This document shows positions 21,334 to 30,265 of a DNA stretch of 64,000 nucleotides, piece by piece (position 1 is the stretch's first letter; every line of letters starts with the position of its first letter). Made by a program: the position numbers and the translations under genes. This DNA comes from a virus, in IMG/VR virus record IMGVR_UViG_3300006919_000042, positions 1-64,000 of that record; one strand, given 5' to 3'. The notes below the pieces were generated by a model. It was not told where the DNA came from, made no database searches, and saw only the letters and a program-made list of their open reading frames with translations.

Positions 21334-22008
21334 ATGGAATCACTAGTAAAATTCACACAAGAACATTTATCAAAACTAAATGACGCTCAACTCCGTAAGG
21401 TATTGAGAAAGGACTTTGGGTTCGCAAAAGGAACTAGCATCATGAGCTCACAAGAGCTTGTCGATCAAATTCTAAAGCTCAAACAAGCAAAACAAGATGA
21501 GATTGACGCAAATAGTGGCTTAGATGAAGATGTAATTTATACAGATCTTACAAGGAGTGAGTGGAAGATTGAGAAAATTAAAGATGGTGTAGTGCATATC
21601 TATAATGCAGATGGTCACAAAACCAATACTACAATCACTTCAATGAAACAAACATTCTCTCAGATGAGATACACCAAGTTCACTGTACAAGCTGCAGCAG
21701 AAGTTGATGAGGTAGTAGAACAAGATGTTACAGAACAAGATGTTACAGAAAATGCATGTACTCAAGTAGAGATGTTTGATGAGGCACCGGAACCTAAAGT
21801 GGATGTATTAAAAAAGAGTAAAATTGAAATCACAGTTGATGGTAAGAAGATATCTAAAAGTGGAATAGTTCGTGCATTAATACAGCGTGAGAGTGAAGCT
21901 GGAAATGACTTCAACTCAGGTTCAATTATGAAAATGTTGGAAGCTGAGCATGGATTAAAGATTCATCGTAGTTTCTGCTCTTCATTAATAGCTAAAGCCA
22001 AAGTCTAA
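21334..22008 (+). CDS. Hypothetical protein, possible DNA-binding
   Basis: 224-aa ORF with its own promoter; internal EQDVT duplication. Confidence 0.6.
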   Translation: MESLVKFTQEHLSKLNDAQLRKVLRKDFGFAKGTSIMSSQELVDQILKLKQAKQDEIDANSGLDEDVIYTDLTRSEWKIEKIKDGVVHIYNADGHKTNTTITSMKQTFSQMRYTKFTVQAAAEVDEVVEQDVTEQDVTENACTQVEMFDEAPEPKVDVLKKSKIEITVDGKKISKSGIVRALIQRESEAGNDFNSGSIMKMLEAEHGLKIHRSFCSSLIAKAKV

Positions 22009-22529
22009 TGTCGCAAAAAGAAACAGTAACCATACCTCTAAGAGGTAAGGTCGTAAATCTACACTTCACTGAATTTGGTAGTGATGTTGATGTAGATGAA
22101 TTGTGTAGAATTGATTACTCAAATATGTACGCTGAGCTAATTACAATATCATCATTGATGAATCGTGTTGGATTGTGGAAAGCTGAGGCAGATAATGCAG
22201 AACAGGAAGCTAGACTTGAAAGAGATGTTGTCATTGCTACAGCTGCAGAGAGAATAGAACAAGAAGAGTTGCCAAAGAAACTAACTGGACCTCAAATGAC
22301 CAAGAAGCTCGATTTAGATCCGGTAGTAATGAAAGCACGTAGAGTTCGTTTACGAAAAGGAAAGGAAGCTGCGTACTTAGATTCACTGTATTGGGCCGTA
22401 AAAAGTAAAGAAAAGAAGGTGGGAGTCATCGGAGAAAAGATGAACTTGACGCCAGAAGAATTTGAGAATAATCTCATTGAAGGTGTCTGGAATGGCATTT
22501 TAGTAAATACGAAGAAAAAATTAATTTAA
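22008..22529 (+). CDS. Coiled-coil protein, possibly UvsY-like recombination mediator
   Basis: Helical composition; near SSB/RecA; function is inferred only. Confidence 0.4.
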   Translation: MSQKETVTIPLRGKVVNLHFTEFGSDVDVDELCRIDYSNMYAELITISSLMNRVGLWKAEADNAEQEARLERDVVIATAAERIEQEELPKKLTGPQMTKKLDLDPVVMKARRVRLRKGKEAAYLDSLYWAVKSKEKKVGVIGEKMNLTPEEFENNLIEGVWNGILVNTKKKLI

Positions 22530-22539
22530 AATCAAAATC

Positions 22540-22890
22540 ATGAAAAAAGTATTATTTATTGTATTAGTAGCATTGTTCACATTTAGTTGTGCAGAAGATG
22601 AATGCACTCAAGACTGTTATGTAGTTGAAGTAGGGTCCTCTGCGAGAGGAATTAGTACTAAAGGAAAAGTATTCGTTTGTCATAAAGGCAGTACGTTGGA
22701 AATTGAGCAATCATCATTGCAAGAACACTTAGATCACGATGATACTGAAGGTAAGTGTGAAACATTGTCAGTTGGTGGTTTAACATATGGAAATGGAATT
22801 AACGTTGAGATAGCTTGTAAGTATGACTTACCATTCATATCAACAGATCCTGATACCGGAAAACAGTATCTATATACAGAATCAAAGTAA
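22540..22890 (+). CDS. Lipoprotein
   Basis: MKKVLFIVLVALFTFS-C signal peptide II; Cys-rich. Confidence 0.7.
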   Translation: MKKVLFIVLVALFTFSCAEDECTQDCYVVEVGSSARGISTKGKVFVCHKGSTLEIEQSSLQEHLDHDDTEGKCETLSVGGLTYGNGINVEIACKYDLPFISTDPDTGKQYLYTESK

Positions 22891-22901
22891 CAAGAATATA
22901 C

Positions 22902-22912
22902 GTTCTTTAACA
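22902..22912 (+). promoter_or_regulatory. boxA-like element upstream of tmRNA
   Basis: GTTCTTTAACA versus rrn boxA (T)GCTCTTTAACA. Confidence 0.45.
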
Positions 22913-22929
22913 TAAATTATTTTCGATAA

Positions 22930-23218
22930 AGACTTAGCTGTGATGCTATTGTTGGGACCCGAGTTCGATTCTCGGCAGCTCCACCAATTGGGATCCTTGA
23001 AGCTGGATGGTAACGAAAGAGATTAGAGAAAGCCTTGGCAATGTGCCTACGTCTCTTTCCCCTCGCCGTATAACCCTGGGGCTGACTGGTTTTGACTGCA
23101 ATTTGTAAGCAATTAAGAGAAGATAATTAATATAACTCCAAAAGTTATAAACCTTTTTGAGCCTCAGCTTAGAGCTGTGGCATAAGACGTCTGGGACGTA
23201 CGACAACGTCCCTTTTTT
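22930..23218 (+). ncRNA. ssrA: Circularly permuted (two-piece) tmRNA
   Basis: Acceptor piece comes first: GAC, T-arm CCGAG-TTCGATT-CTCGG (22959-22975), CAGCTCC-A-CCA (22976-22986). Then a 91-nt spacer, then GGGGCTG-ACTGGTTTTGAC (23078-23096), giving a 7-bp acceptor stem with G3.U70. Tag ORF ends RAVA* at 23185, followed by a terminator. The 5' end is approximate. Confidence 0.9.
23193..23218 (+). terminator. Intrinsic terminator closing tmRNA
   Basis: GGGACGT-acgaca-ACGTCCC-TTTTTT. Confidence 0.85.
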
Positions 23219-23274
23219 AAGAATCAATCGATCCGACAAGATCAAATAGATAATTATTAATCAAATTTAAACAC

Positions 23275-24591
23275 ATGGAAAACAAACCATTTGACCGTAG
23301 TGCCTATAAGGCTACTAGCGTTTCGACCTTAAAAGAGGACGAAGAAAAAGTAAAAGAGCTCACTGGGAATAACCTGGGAGACAGAATCGCATTCTTGAAA
23401 TTACCACCAGGTAAAAGTAAAGTCAGAATATTCCCTGCTCATCTTGATGCAAAATCATTCTGTTATGCACGTACAGTTCACTTCTTAGAATTAGAGTCTA
23501 AGGACAAGGATGGTAAAACGGTTAAGAATGACGCTGGTCAGACAGAATTCAAAAGACGTCCAGTATTCAATGCCAAAATCCATGGAGCATTCCCTAAAGG
23601 AGTTGAGCCAATTGACATCATCGACGATTACATCTCGCGTGTATTTAAGAAAGCACATGCTGAGATCCAAGATGACACTCAACGAAAGAACTACCTCAAT
23701 CCACTTACATTTTTGAAAACTGGAATTATTGGTAAGACCAAATGGTTGGTGTACGCTAACGTGTATAATGAGAATGGTGTGCCTGAGTTTGGTAAACTAG
23801 AAATGGCTACCACTGTCAAAGATAAGTTGAATGAAATTTCAGCAAACCAAGATGGTGAAGGACCGATGACAGTTGACCCATTCACAGATCCAGATGATGG
23901 AAGATGTGTATTTGTTACATACACTCCAGATGAGAAAGATCCGAAGAAGAAGTATTCTGCTGCAATTGACTTTATGAAGCCAACACCGTTGACAGATGAA
24001 GAGATGCAGAATTGGGCTAGTCAAGATTCGTTAGAGAAGCAATTAGTTGGTTCGTATTCATACAGTGATTTCATGAATGCTGTCGCTGGACTTAAAAGGT
24101 TTGATGACCAAAGTACTCACTTACTAAGAGCAAACGGATTCTCTGCAGGATATGGTATCTTTGCTGATGAAGACTTCTTAGATGTATGTGAAAAAGTTGC
24201 CACTTATTTCCCTGAGAAATTTGAAGATGCTGCAGAACCTAACAGTTTTATTGATGGACCTGAGAAAGTCGAGACTCACAAAACTGAGGCAACGACTGAG
24301 AAAGTTTCGCCATTGAAAGCACCAACATTAGAAGAGATGAGTTTAGACCAGTTAGCAGCATATGTTGACAAGCAAGGTTTAGATGTAACCATTCTTCCAG
24401 ATGATGCTGAGGCAGATGTCATTCAAGCAATTCGTGACGAAGAAGCAGATCAAATTGGAGACGTTGCAGCAACTACACCAAATGCAGAAGCAGACGGTGA
24501 AAAAGCATGGGAGGATTTAACTAGTGATTCTGCAGAAGAAGTTGTAGAGACTAGAAAAGCAAGAGGTACAAGAAGTACTCAACTAGATTAA
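23275..24591 (+). CDS. Single-stranded DNA-binding protein (gp32-like)
   Basis: KVRIFPAH, DPFTDPDDG, long acidic C-terminal tail; recombination gene context. Confidence 0.65.
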   Translation: MENKPFDRSAYKATSVSTLKEDEEKVKELTGNNLGDRIAFLKLPPGKSKVRIFPAHLDAKSFCYARTVHFLELESKDKDGKTVKNDAGQTEFKRRPVFNAKIHGAFPKGVEPIDIIDDYISRVFKKAHAEIQDDTQRKNYLNPLTFLKTGIIGKTKWLVYANVYNENGVPEFGKLEMATTVKDKLNEISANQDGEGPMTVDPFTDPDDGRCVFVTYTPDEKDPKKKYSAAIDFMKPTPLTDEEMQNWASQDSLEKQLVGSYSYSDFMNAVAGLKRFDDQSTHLLRANGFSAGYGIFADEDFLDVCEKVATYFPEKFEDAAEPNSFIDGPEKVETHKTEATTEKVSPLKAPTLEEMSLDQLAAYVDKQGLDVTILPDDAEADVIQAIRDEEADQIGDVAATTPNAEADGEKAWEDLTSDSAEEVVETRKARGTRSTQLD

Positions 24592-24606
24592 GAGTAGGAA
24601 CCCTGG

Positions 24607-24640
24607 AAAATGCCACCGCTGATTCATGTGGCATTTTTTT
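24607..24640 (+). terminator. Intrinsic terminator
   Basis: AAAATGCCAC...GTGGCATTTT plus T-run. Confidence 0.8.
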
Positions 24641-24651
24641 AAACTATCGTT

Positions 24652-25689
24652 ATGAGCAAACCGGTATTTACAATTATTACAGATTTACATCTTCAAGACG
24701 ATAACGTCAATGAGGTTGTTTCAGTTGTTGAACAAGCAATTGAAAAGACAGCACAATTAGGACTTCACTGGATTTTCTGTGCAGGAGACATTTTCAATTC
24801 AAGAAAGAGTCTGAGCTTCACAGTACTACAAGCGTGGAGTAACCTATTAGAATACTGTATGTCACATGATGTGTGTATGGTAGGTATTCCAGGAAACCAT
24901 GATAAATTAGATTACACTTCAAAAAGCAGCTATTTAGACATCTTCAAGGACCATCCCAACTTTATGTTGTATGATGAGTACGGATGTAAGGAGATAGTTG
25001 ATCAAGAAATATATGTTCATTTAATACCATACTTTGATGAGAAATCAGAGTTTGCAAATCAATTTGCAAAAGTAAAGATGCAACCAAACGCAATGAACTA
25101 CCTAATAACTCACATTGCAATAAACGGAGTAAGTAACAACGATGGTAGTGTAGTAGATACTGCAATCACACCAAACTCATTTCATAAATTTAAGAAGGTA
25201 TTTGTTGGACATTATCACAACAAACAAGATGTACTATCCAACATACATTACATTGGATCTATTAGACAGAATAATTACGGAGAGGACACTGATAAAGGAA
25301 TGATAGTGATATATGAGAATGGATTTCATGAACAAATCAAACTTAATTCAATTGAATATCACACAGTAAAGATTGATATTGATAAAGCAAGTGACGAAGA
25401 GATTACCAAACTATGCACCAAATGGGGAGATTCACAAAACAATGTTAGGTTCAAGTTTGAAGGAACTAAAGCAAAAATTGACGCACTAGATAAAACCAAG
25501 TTCGATTTACTCGATATCGATGTTAAGTGCACTTACAACGATCCGAATGTAGATTTGTCATATAAAGATGCTGTGACATTCACTGGATTTGATAAGGAAA
25601 GTATAATTGAAGAATGGGACGGATTCTGTAAAGAGAATCTTGAATTGGATCATAAATTAGGAACCGAATACTTACAAAAAATATTATGA
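24652..25689 (+). CDS. Mre11/SbcD-like nuclease
   Basis: TDLH, AGDIF, PGNHD, GHYH, YIGS; near the SbcC-like gene. Confidence 0.88.
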   Translation: MSKPVFTIITDLHLQDDNVNEVVSVVEQAIEKTAQLGLHWIFCAGDIFNSRKSLSFTVLQAWSNLLEYCMSHDVCMVGIPGNHDKLDYTSKSSYLDIFKDHPNFMLYDEYGCKEIVDQEIYVHLIPYFDEKSEFANQFAKVKMQPNAMNYLITHIAINGVSNNDGSVVDTAITPNSFHKFKKVFVGHYHNKQDVLSNIHYIGSIRQNNYGEDTDKGMIVIYENGFHEQIKLNSIEYHTVKIDIDKASDEEITKLCTKWGDSQNNVRFKFEGTKAKIDALDKTKFDLLDIDVKCTYNDPNVDLSYKDAVTFTGFDKESIIEEWDGFCKENLELDHKLGTEYLQKIL

Positions 25690-26651
25690 GTAAAGAATCA
25701 GCAATTGCAGACCTAGAAAAAAGATACGGTAAAGGGTCGATTGGAAAGGTCAAGGACTTTGAGAAGATTGATATACCGCGCATAAACTCAGGTCTATTGT
25801 CATTAAATCATCACACTGGTGGAGGATATCCTAGAGGAAGAATCATTGAAATTTATGGTCCTGAGTCATCAGGTAAGACCACACTATGTCTACATGCAAT
25901 GGCAGAAGAACAGATGCTTGGCAATACCGTAGCATTCATAGATGCAGAGCACAGTTTTGATAGAGACTACGCAGAAGCATTAGGTATGGATGTTGATGAG
26001 ATGATTTTAGGTATCCCTAGTAATGGTGAAGAAGCAATGGAGCAAGTTCGTGGATTGATTGCTGGAGGAGGAGTAAGTTTAATTGTGGTTGATTCTGTAG
26101 CAGCAATGATACCTAAAGCTGAAATGGAAGGAGAAGTTGGTGATTCTAAGATGGGTCTTCATGCAAGACTAATGTCCCAAGCATGTAGAATGATATCGGG
26201 ACCTGCTGAGAAAACTAAAACTACAGTAATGTTCATTAATCAATTACGTATGAAGATTGGTGTGATGTTCGGCAATCCTGAGACTACCACTGGTGGTAAT
26301 GCACTAAAGTTCTACGCATCAATTAGATTAGATGTCCGTGGAAGTACTCAGATAAAAGACAAAGAGGGAACATCAATTGCACGTAAAACTAGAATCAAAG
26401 TAGTTAAGAATAAAGTAGGTAAACCATTCGGAGGATGTGAAATAGACATGACTTTCGGTCAAGGATTTGATGTTATTGCTGAGATGCTCGATATGGCAGT
26501 TGAGGCTAAAATCATAAATAAAAGTGGATCTTGGTTCAGTTATCAAGAGACTAAACTTGGACAGGGTCGTAATGCAGTAATAGAATTACTGCGAGACAAC
26601 ATCGAGCTTCAAGATGAAATAAGAGAACAAGTAGTAAAAGCAATCGTATAA
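25686..26651 (+). CDS. recA: RecA recombinase
   Basis: GPESSGKTT, FIDAEH, VVDSVAA, INQLRMKIGVMFGNPETTTGGNALKFY. Confidence 0.97.
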   Translation: MSKESAIADLEKRYGKGSIGKVKDFEKIDIPRINSGLLSLNHHTGGGYPRGRIIEIYGPESSGKTTLCLHAMAEEQMLGNTVAFIDAEHSFDRDYAEALGMDVDEMILGIPSNGEEAMEQVRGLIAGGGVSLIVVDSVAAMIPKAEMEGEVGDSKMGLHARLMSQACRMISGPAEKTKTTVMFINQLRMKIGVMFGNPETTTGGNALKFYASIRLDVRGSTQIKDKEGTSIARKTRIKVVKNKVGKPFGGCEIDMTFGQGFDVIAEMLDMAVEAKIINKSGSWFSYQETKLGQGRNAVIELLRDNIELQDEIREQVVKAIV

Positions 26652-28543
26652 TGTGGCATGTTAAAAAATTATCGTTAATAGACTTCATGTCTCATCGTGA
26701 TACCGTCCTGGAAATAGTCCAGGACCAAGCGACAATGATATATGGAATCAACAAAACTAACAAAGGTCAGAGTAGTAATGGAAGTGGCAAAAGTGCAGTT
26801 CTTGAGGGAATTGTCATAGGTGTATTTGGAGAGCCATTACGAAAAGTATCAACAAAAGTAATGGTAAGACGAGGAGGTCCTACTCATGCAAATGTGATAC
26901 TAGAACTACATAACGACAAGTTAGATCACACCGTAATCATTACAAGAACAGTATTCAAGAATACCAAGTCAAGTGAGGTAGACATTACAATCAATGGTAT
27001 AGCACCACAAGGACTTCAACGTAATGGAGCAAACAAGTATGATGTTCGTGAAGCGAATAAGTGGATATTGAATCAAATTGGAATATCAAAAGAAGACTTA
27101 TTGAATTACTTTTTGGTTAGTAAAAAGCAATATAAATCATTCTTTGCATTAGGAGACGTTGCTAAGAAGGAAGTGATAGGAAGATTCAGTCAATCAAATC
27201 AGATTGAACCAGTGTTTGAAGTAATTAAATCAGAGATCGATCATATAACTTCGAGTAAAACGCTGATAGAACAGAAAATTACCGCGAATAAAACAAAGAT
27301 CGACGTGTACCAGGAGCAATTGGATAGATTTGATCTAAACGCGTTGCAAATCAACGATAAACAAGCCGAACTAACTTTGCAAGATAATCTACTTACACTT
27401 AAAGAGAAAACTAAGCCGCTTGAAATATTAATTCAAACACTGAATGGTACGTTAGATCAACTTAATTTGCAACTCAATACAATTCCAAAGGTTGAAGGCG
27501 ATAGTACTAAGGATGAACAAACATTGAAAGAGTATAACGCTGAGCTTGCTGGATTTACTACAGAGGCAAATGAGGTAATGAATAAACTGACTGAGTATGA
27601 GAATAATTTAAGAGGAGCAATCAACTGTCCGAAATGTCAACATAAATTTAATCCAGGAAAGGTTGATGTCGATATGGAGAAGCAAGAAGAGCTTAAAGCA
27701 AAGGCGATTAAATTAGTTGGTGAGATTAATGTTGATGTAACTGCAGTTAAGGCGGACATTAAAAAGGTTGGAGAAGCAATTAGTGTTCGTGATCAAAAAT
27801 TGGCCGCTAGAAGAGCGATTGTCCGCGCGAAGCAGTTAGAAATTGATGATAAGACTGCAGAGATCACTCGTGAGACTAGAAACTTGACAAATAATAAAGC
27901 GTCAATAAAGTCAGTTGAAGACCAGATAGCAATCTTGAAGAATAAGGTAATAACTGATCCAACTGCAGATTTGGAAAAGAGTATTAGAGATCACACTAAC
28001 GCTAATATGGAGCATCAAGGTAAAATTGATGCACTAGACATTAAGTTAGGTGATAAGAAGCAGTGGGAGAGTCATTTCATTCGATTTAAAACGCACTTAT
28101 CGAACAAAACAATAGGTGTAATGCAGGCTCATTGTAATGAATACCTAGATAGAATAGGGACAGACCTATCACTGAACATTGAGGGGTACAAAGTTAATCG
28201 CGATAAAAGTATCCGAGAAAACATAACAACCAATGTTTTGAGAGATGGCGTTGATGAAGGAGTATTGGATGCTTTCTCAAGTGGAGAAGAAGCTAAAATC
28301 ATCGTTAGTATGATATTGACGCAGCAGAAGTTAATTAACTCAAGTTGCGCAAATGGAGGATTTGGCTTATGTTTCCTAGATGAAATAATCGAATCAGTCG
28401 ACACCGTAGGTATATCTGGATTGATGACAGCACTAAACAGTTTAGGGCAAACAATTGTAGTTATCACGCACGGAACGTTCGACCAACAGTATGAAAATAC
28501 ACTAAGCGTAGTTAAGAAAAATGGAATCTCCGAAATTAGTTAG
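26651..28543 (+). CDS. Rad50/SbcC-like ATPase
   Basis: NGSGKS, coiled coil with CPKC zinc hook, FSSGE signature, FLDE, ITH. Confidence 0.9.
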   Translation: MWHVKKLSLIDFMSHRDTVLEIVQDQATMIYGINKTNKGQSSNGSGKSAVLEGIVIGVFGEPLRKVSTKVMVRRGGPTHANVILELHNDKLDHTVIITRTVFKNTKSSEVDITINGIAPQGLQRNGANKYDVREANKWILNQIGISKEDLLNYFLVSKKQYKSFFALGDVAKKEVIGRFSQSNQIEPVFEVIKSEIDHITSSKTLIEQKITANKTKIDVYQEQLDRFDLNALQINDKQAELTLQDNLLTLKEKTKPLEILIQTLNGTLDQLNLQLNTIPKVEGDSTKDEQTLKEYNAELAGFTTEANEVMNKLTEYENNLRGAINCPKCQHKFNPGKVDVDMEKQEELKAKAIKLVGEINVDVTAVKADIKKVGEAISVRDQKLAARRAIVRAKQLEIDDKTAEITRETRNLTNNKASIKSVEDQIAILKNKVITDPTADLEKSIRDHTNANMEHQGKIDALDIKLGDKKQWESHFIRFKTHLSNKTIGVMQAHCNEYLDRIGTDLSLNIEGYKVNRDKSIRENITTNVLRDGVDEGVLDAFSSGEEAKIIVSMILTQQKLINSSCANGGFGLCFLDEIIESVDTVGISGLMTALNSLGQTIVVITHGTFDQQYENTLSVVKKNGISEIS

Positions 28544-28823
28544 AGAAAAATTATATGTTCATGCAGGGACGTTTGCTGAGTTTCAGCGCTACGCGAAAGC
28601 TAACATTGACTATGATTGTGAATATATTGTAGATGACAATACTCTTCGTGGCAAGCAGCCTGGAAGAGTTATTCGTATTGACACCTATCAAGAGAAATGG
28701 AACGACCAGGCAATTGAAGAATCAATACAAACAGCACTAGAACAGTGGGAAGCTAACGCACCACAAGGACCAATTCAAACTAATGAAGATGGTGAAGACA
28801 TGACAAGTTATGGAGTCTCATAG
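28521..28823 (+). CDS. Hypothetical protein
   Basis: 100-aa ORF within the operon. Confidence 0.55.
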   Translation: MESPKLVREKLYVHAGTFAEFQRYAKANIDYDCEYIVDDNTLRGKQPGRVIRIDTYQEKWNDQAIEESIQTALEQWEANAPQGPIQTNEDGEDMTSYGVS

Positions 28824-29370
28824 ATATATAGGAATAGATCCAGGAAAGTCCGGTTATTGGGTAATGCTTGATGGAACTGGTAAGGTTGTTAATCACGACA
28901 AAACACCACTAGTTGGTAGAGCTTACGATAAACAATCAATGGTACAATTACTTCAAGAATGTGCTGCTCTAACTAAGTATGTCAGAGTTCATGCAGTACT
29001 TGAAGATGTTCATGCGAATGTAATTGGAGGGAAGGCAAGTAACTTTGATTTAGGAAATGGCAAAGGACTCTGGGAGATGGCGCTGATGGCACTTAAAATA
29101 CCTCATACAATGGTCACTCCAAAAGAGTGGCAGAAATATATGTTTCAAGGAGCCAAGACTCAGTATCAACCAACCAAAAGAATAACCAAAAAAGGCACTG
29201 CAGTTAAAAAGGTAGACACCAAAGCAACCGCCCTACTCGCAGCAAAAATGCTTATGCCGCAGCAAGACTGGAGAGTGGTAGGTAAGACTGGAAAATTTAC
29301 AACAAAAATCGACGATGGATTTGTAGATGCGTATTTAATGGCGGAATATTGTAGAAGAAAATTTAAGTAA
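28810..29370 (+). CDS. RuvC-like Holliday junction resolvase
   Basis: IGIDPGKSG, VLED, VTPKEWQK, DGFVDA. Confidence 0.8.
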   Translation: MESHRYIGIDPGKSGYWVMLDGTGKVVNHDKTPLVGRAYDKQSMVQLLQECAALTKYVRVHAVLEDVHANVIGGKASNFDLGNGKGLWEMALMALKIPHTMVTPKEWQKYMFQGAKTQYQPTKRITKKGTAVKKVDTKATALLAAKMLMPQQDWRVVGKTGKFTTKIDDGFVDAYLMAEYCRRKFK

Positions 29371-29372
29371 AA

Positions 29373-29678
29373 ATGATTACATATAACTATTGTTGTATTC
29401 AAGATGATTGTGAAGTGTCTGGAATTATTCCTATTAAGAAGGAAGAAGAGCATGAAGACCGCGTAGAGTACTGTTATGGCTGCGATAAACCATTAAAGCA
29501 TGTAGGTCAACTGTGTAATGTAGCTATTCGAGGAGACATTCAAAGTAGAATGTTACGCAACCAAGCACACTTCAAGAGAAGAGCTAAAAGGCACTCAGCT
29601 AGTGAAGACCAACAGGCATTAAAAAAGAAACGTCAAGACGAGGAGTTCGCAACAATGGGACTTCATAAAAAGAAATAG
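29373..29678 (+). CDS. Zn-ribbon (FmdB-like) protein
   Basis: TYNYCC..C and CYGC; basic tail. Confidence 0.5.
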   Translation: MITYNYCCIQDDCEVSGIIPIKKEEEHEDRVEYCYGCDKPLKHVGQLCNVAIRGDIQSRMLRNQAHFKRRAKRHSASEDQQALKKKRQDEEFATMGLHKKK

Positions 29679-29679
29679 T

Positions 29680-29991
29680 ATGCAACACGTAAAGAACAAC
29701 GAGCACAGAACAATGATTGATTTCCTTGAGTTGCTCAACAGTATTGGTTATAATATCGTATCAATCGACAACACATTTTATATATTTACTGCCTTTCAAG
29801 AGGTAGATGATGTAATTAATGAAATTGAACTTACTGGCAAGAATGCTACATTCTTAATCGAGAATACAGTAGCAACTGCAGCAGCCAATATTTTAAAGAA
29901 GAACGAGCTTATTAGCAGAATCGACGAGATTCCTAGTAGAAGAAGAGTTTTTCATCCAAACACCTTATACGTAAAATATTTATCAAGCTAG
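29680..29991 (+). CDS. Hypothetical protein
   Basis: 103-aa ORF. Confidence 0.55.
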   Translation: MQHVKNNEHRTMIDFLELLNSIGYNIVSIDNTFYIFTAFQEVDDVINEIELTGKNATFLIENTVATAAANILKKNELISRIDEIPSRRRVFHPNTLYVKYLSS

Positions 29992-29992
29992 A

Positions 29993-30265
29993 ATGCAAGA
30001 TATTGTTATTAGGAATGTCCTAATTATTCAAAAGTCACAGTTAAAAGCATACGTTAGAAGAGAGATGTTAAAACGACCTGGCTTAATGAGTCATGTCACT
30101 AATCGATCAGTGTTAGAAGCACTTATATTCATTAAGGGATATGCTAGTGCAATTGAAAAGGACATAATGTTACCCGTAATCAAAGCTGAAGTTCAACAAC
30201 TATTGTTGGAGCAAGGCCTAAAATATATAATACAAAAAATTGAATCGACACTTAAAAATTCCTAA
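29993..30265 (+). CDS. Hypothetical protein
   Basis: 90-aa ORF. Confidence 0.55.
   Translation: MQDIVIRNVLIIQKSQLKAYVRREMLKRPGLMSHVTNRSVLEALIFIKGYASAIEKDIMLPVIKAEVQQLLLEQGLKYIIQKIESTLKNS

Noticed and set aside
21718-21750. 15-nt tandem duplication (EQDVT x2)
   Set aside because: In-frame duplication in a low-complexity linker; no sign of a larger system
22956-22986. Stand-alone tRNA-Ala
   Set aside because: No D or anticodon arm upstream; the matching 5' acceptor strand is downstream and carries the tmRNA D-loop
23055-23110. HDV-like/theta ribozyme suggested by CCTCGC
   Set aside because: Could not build P1, P3 or P2 around it
22946-23245. 99-aa minus-strand ORF
   Set aside because: It is the antisense of the tmRNA; VELPRIELGS is the typical reverse translation of a T-arm and acceptor end
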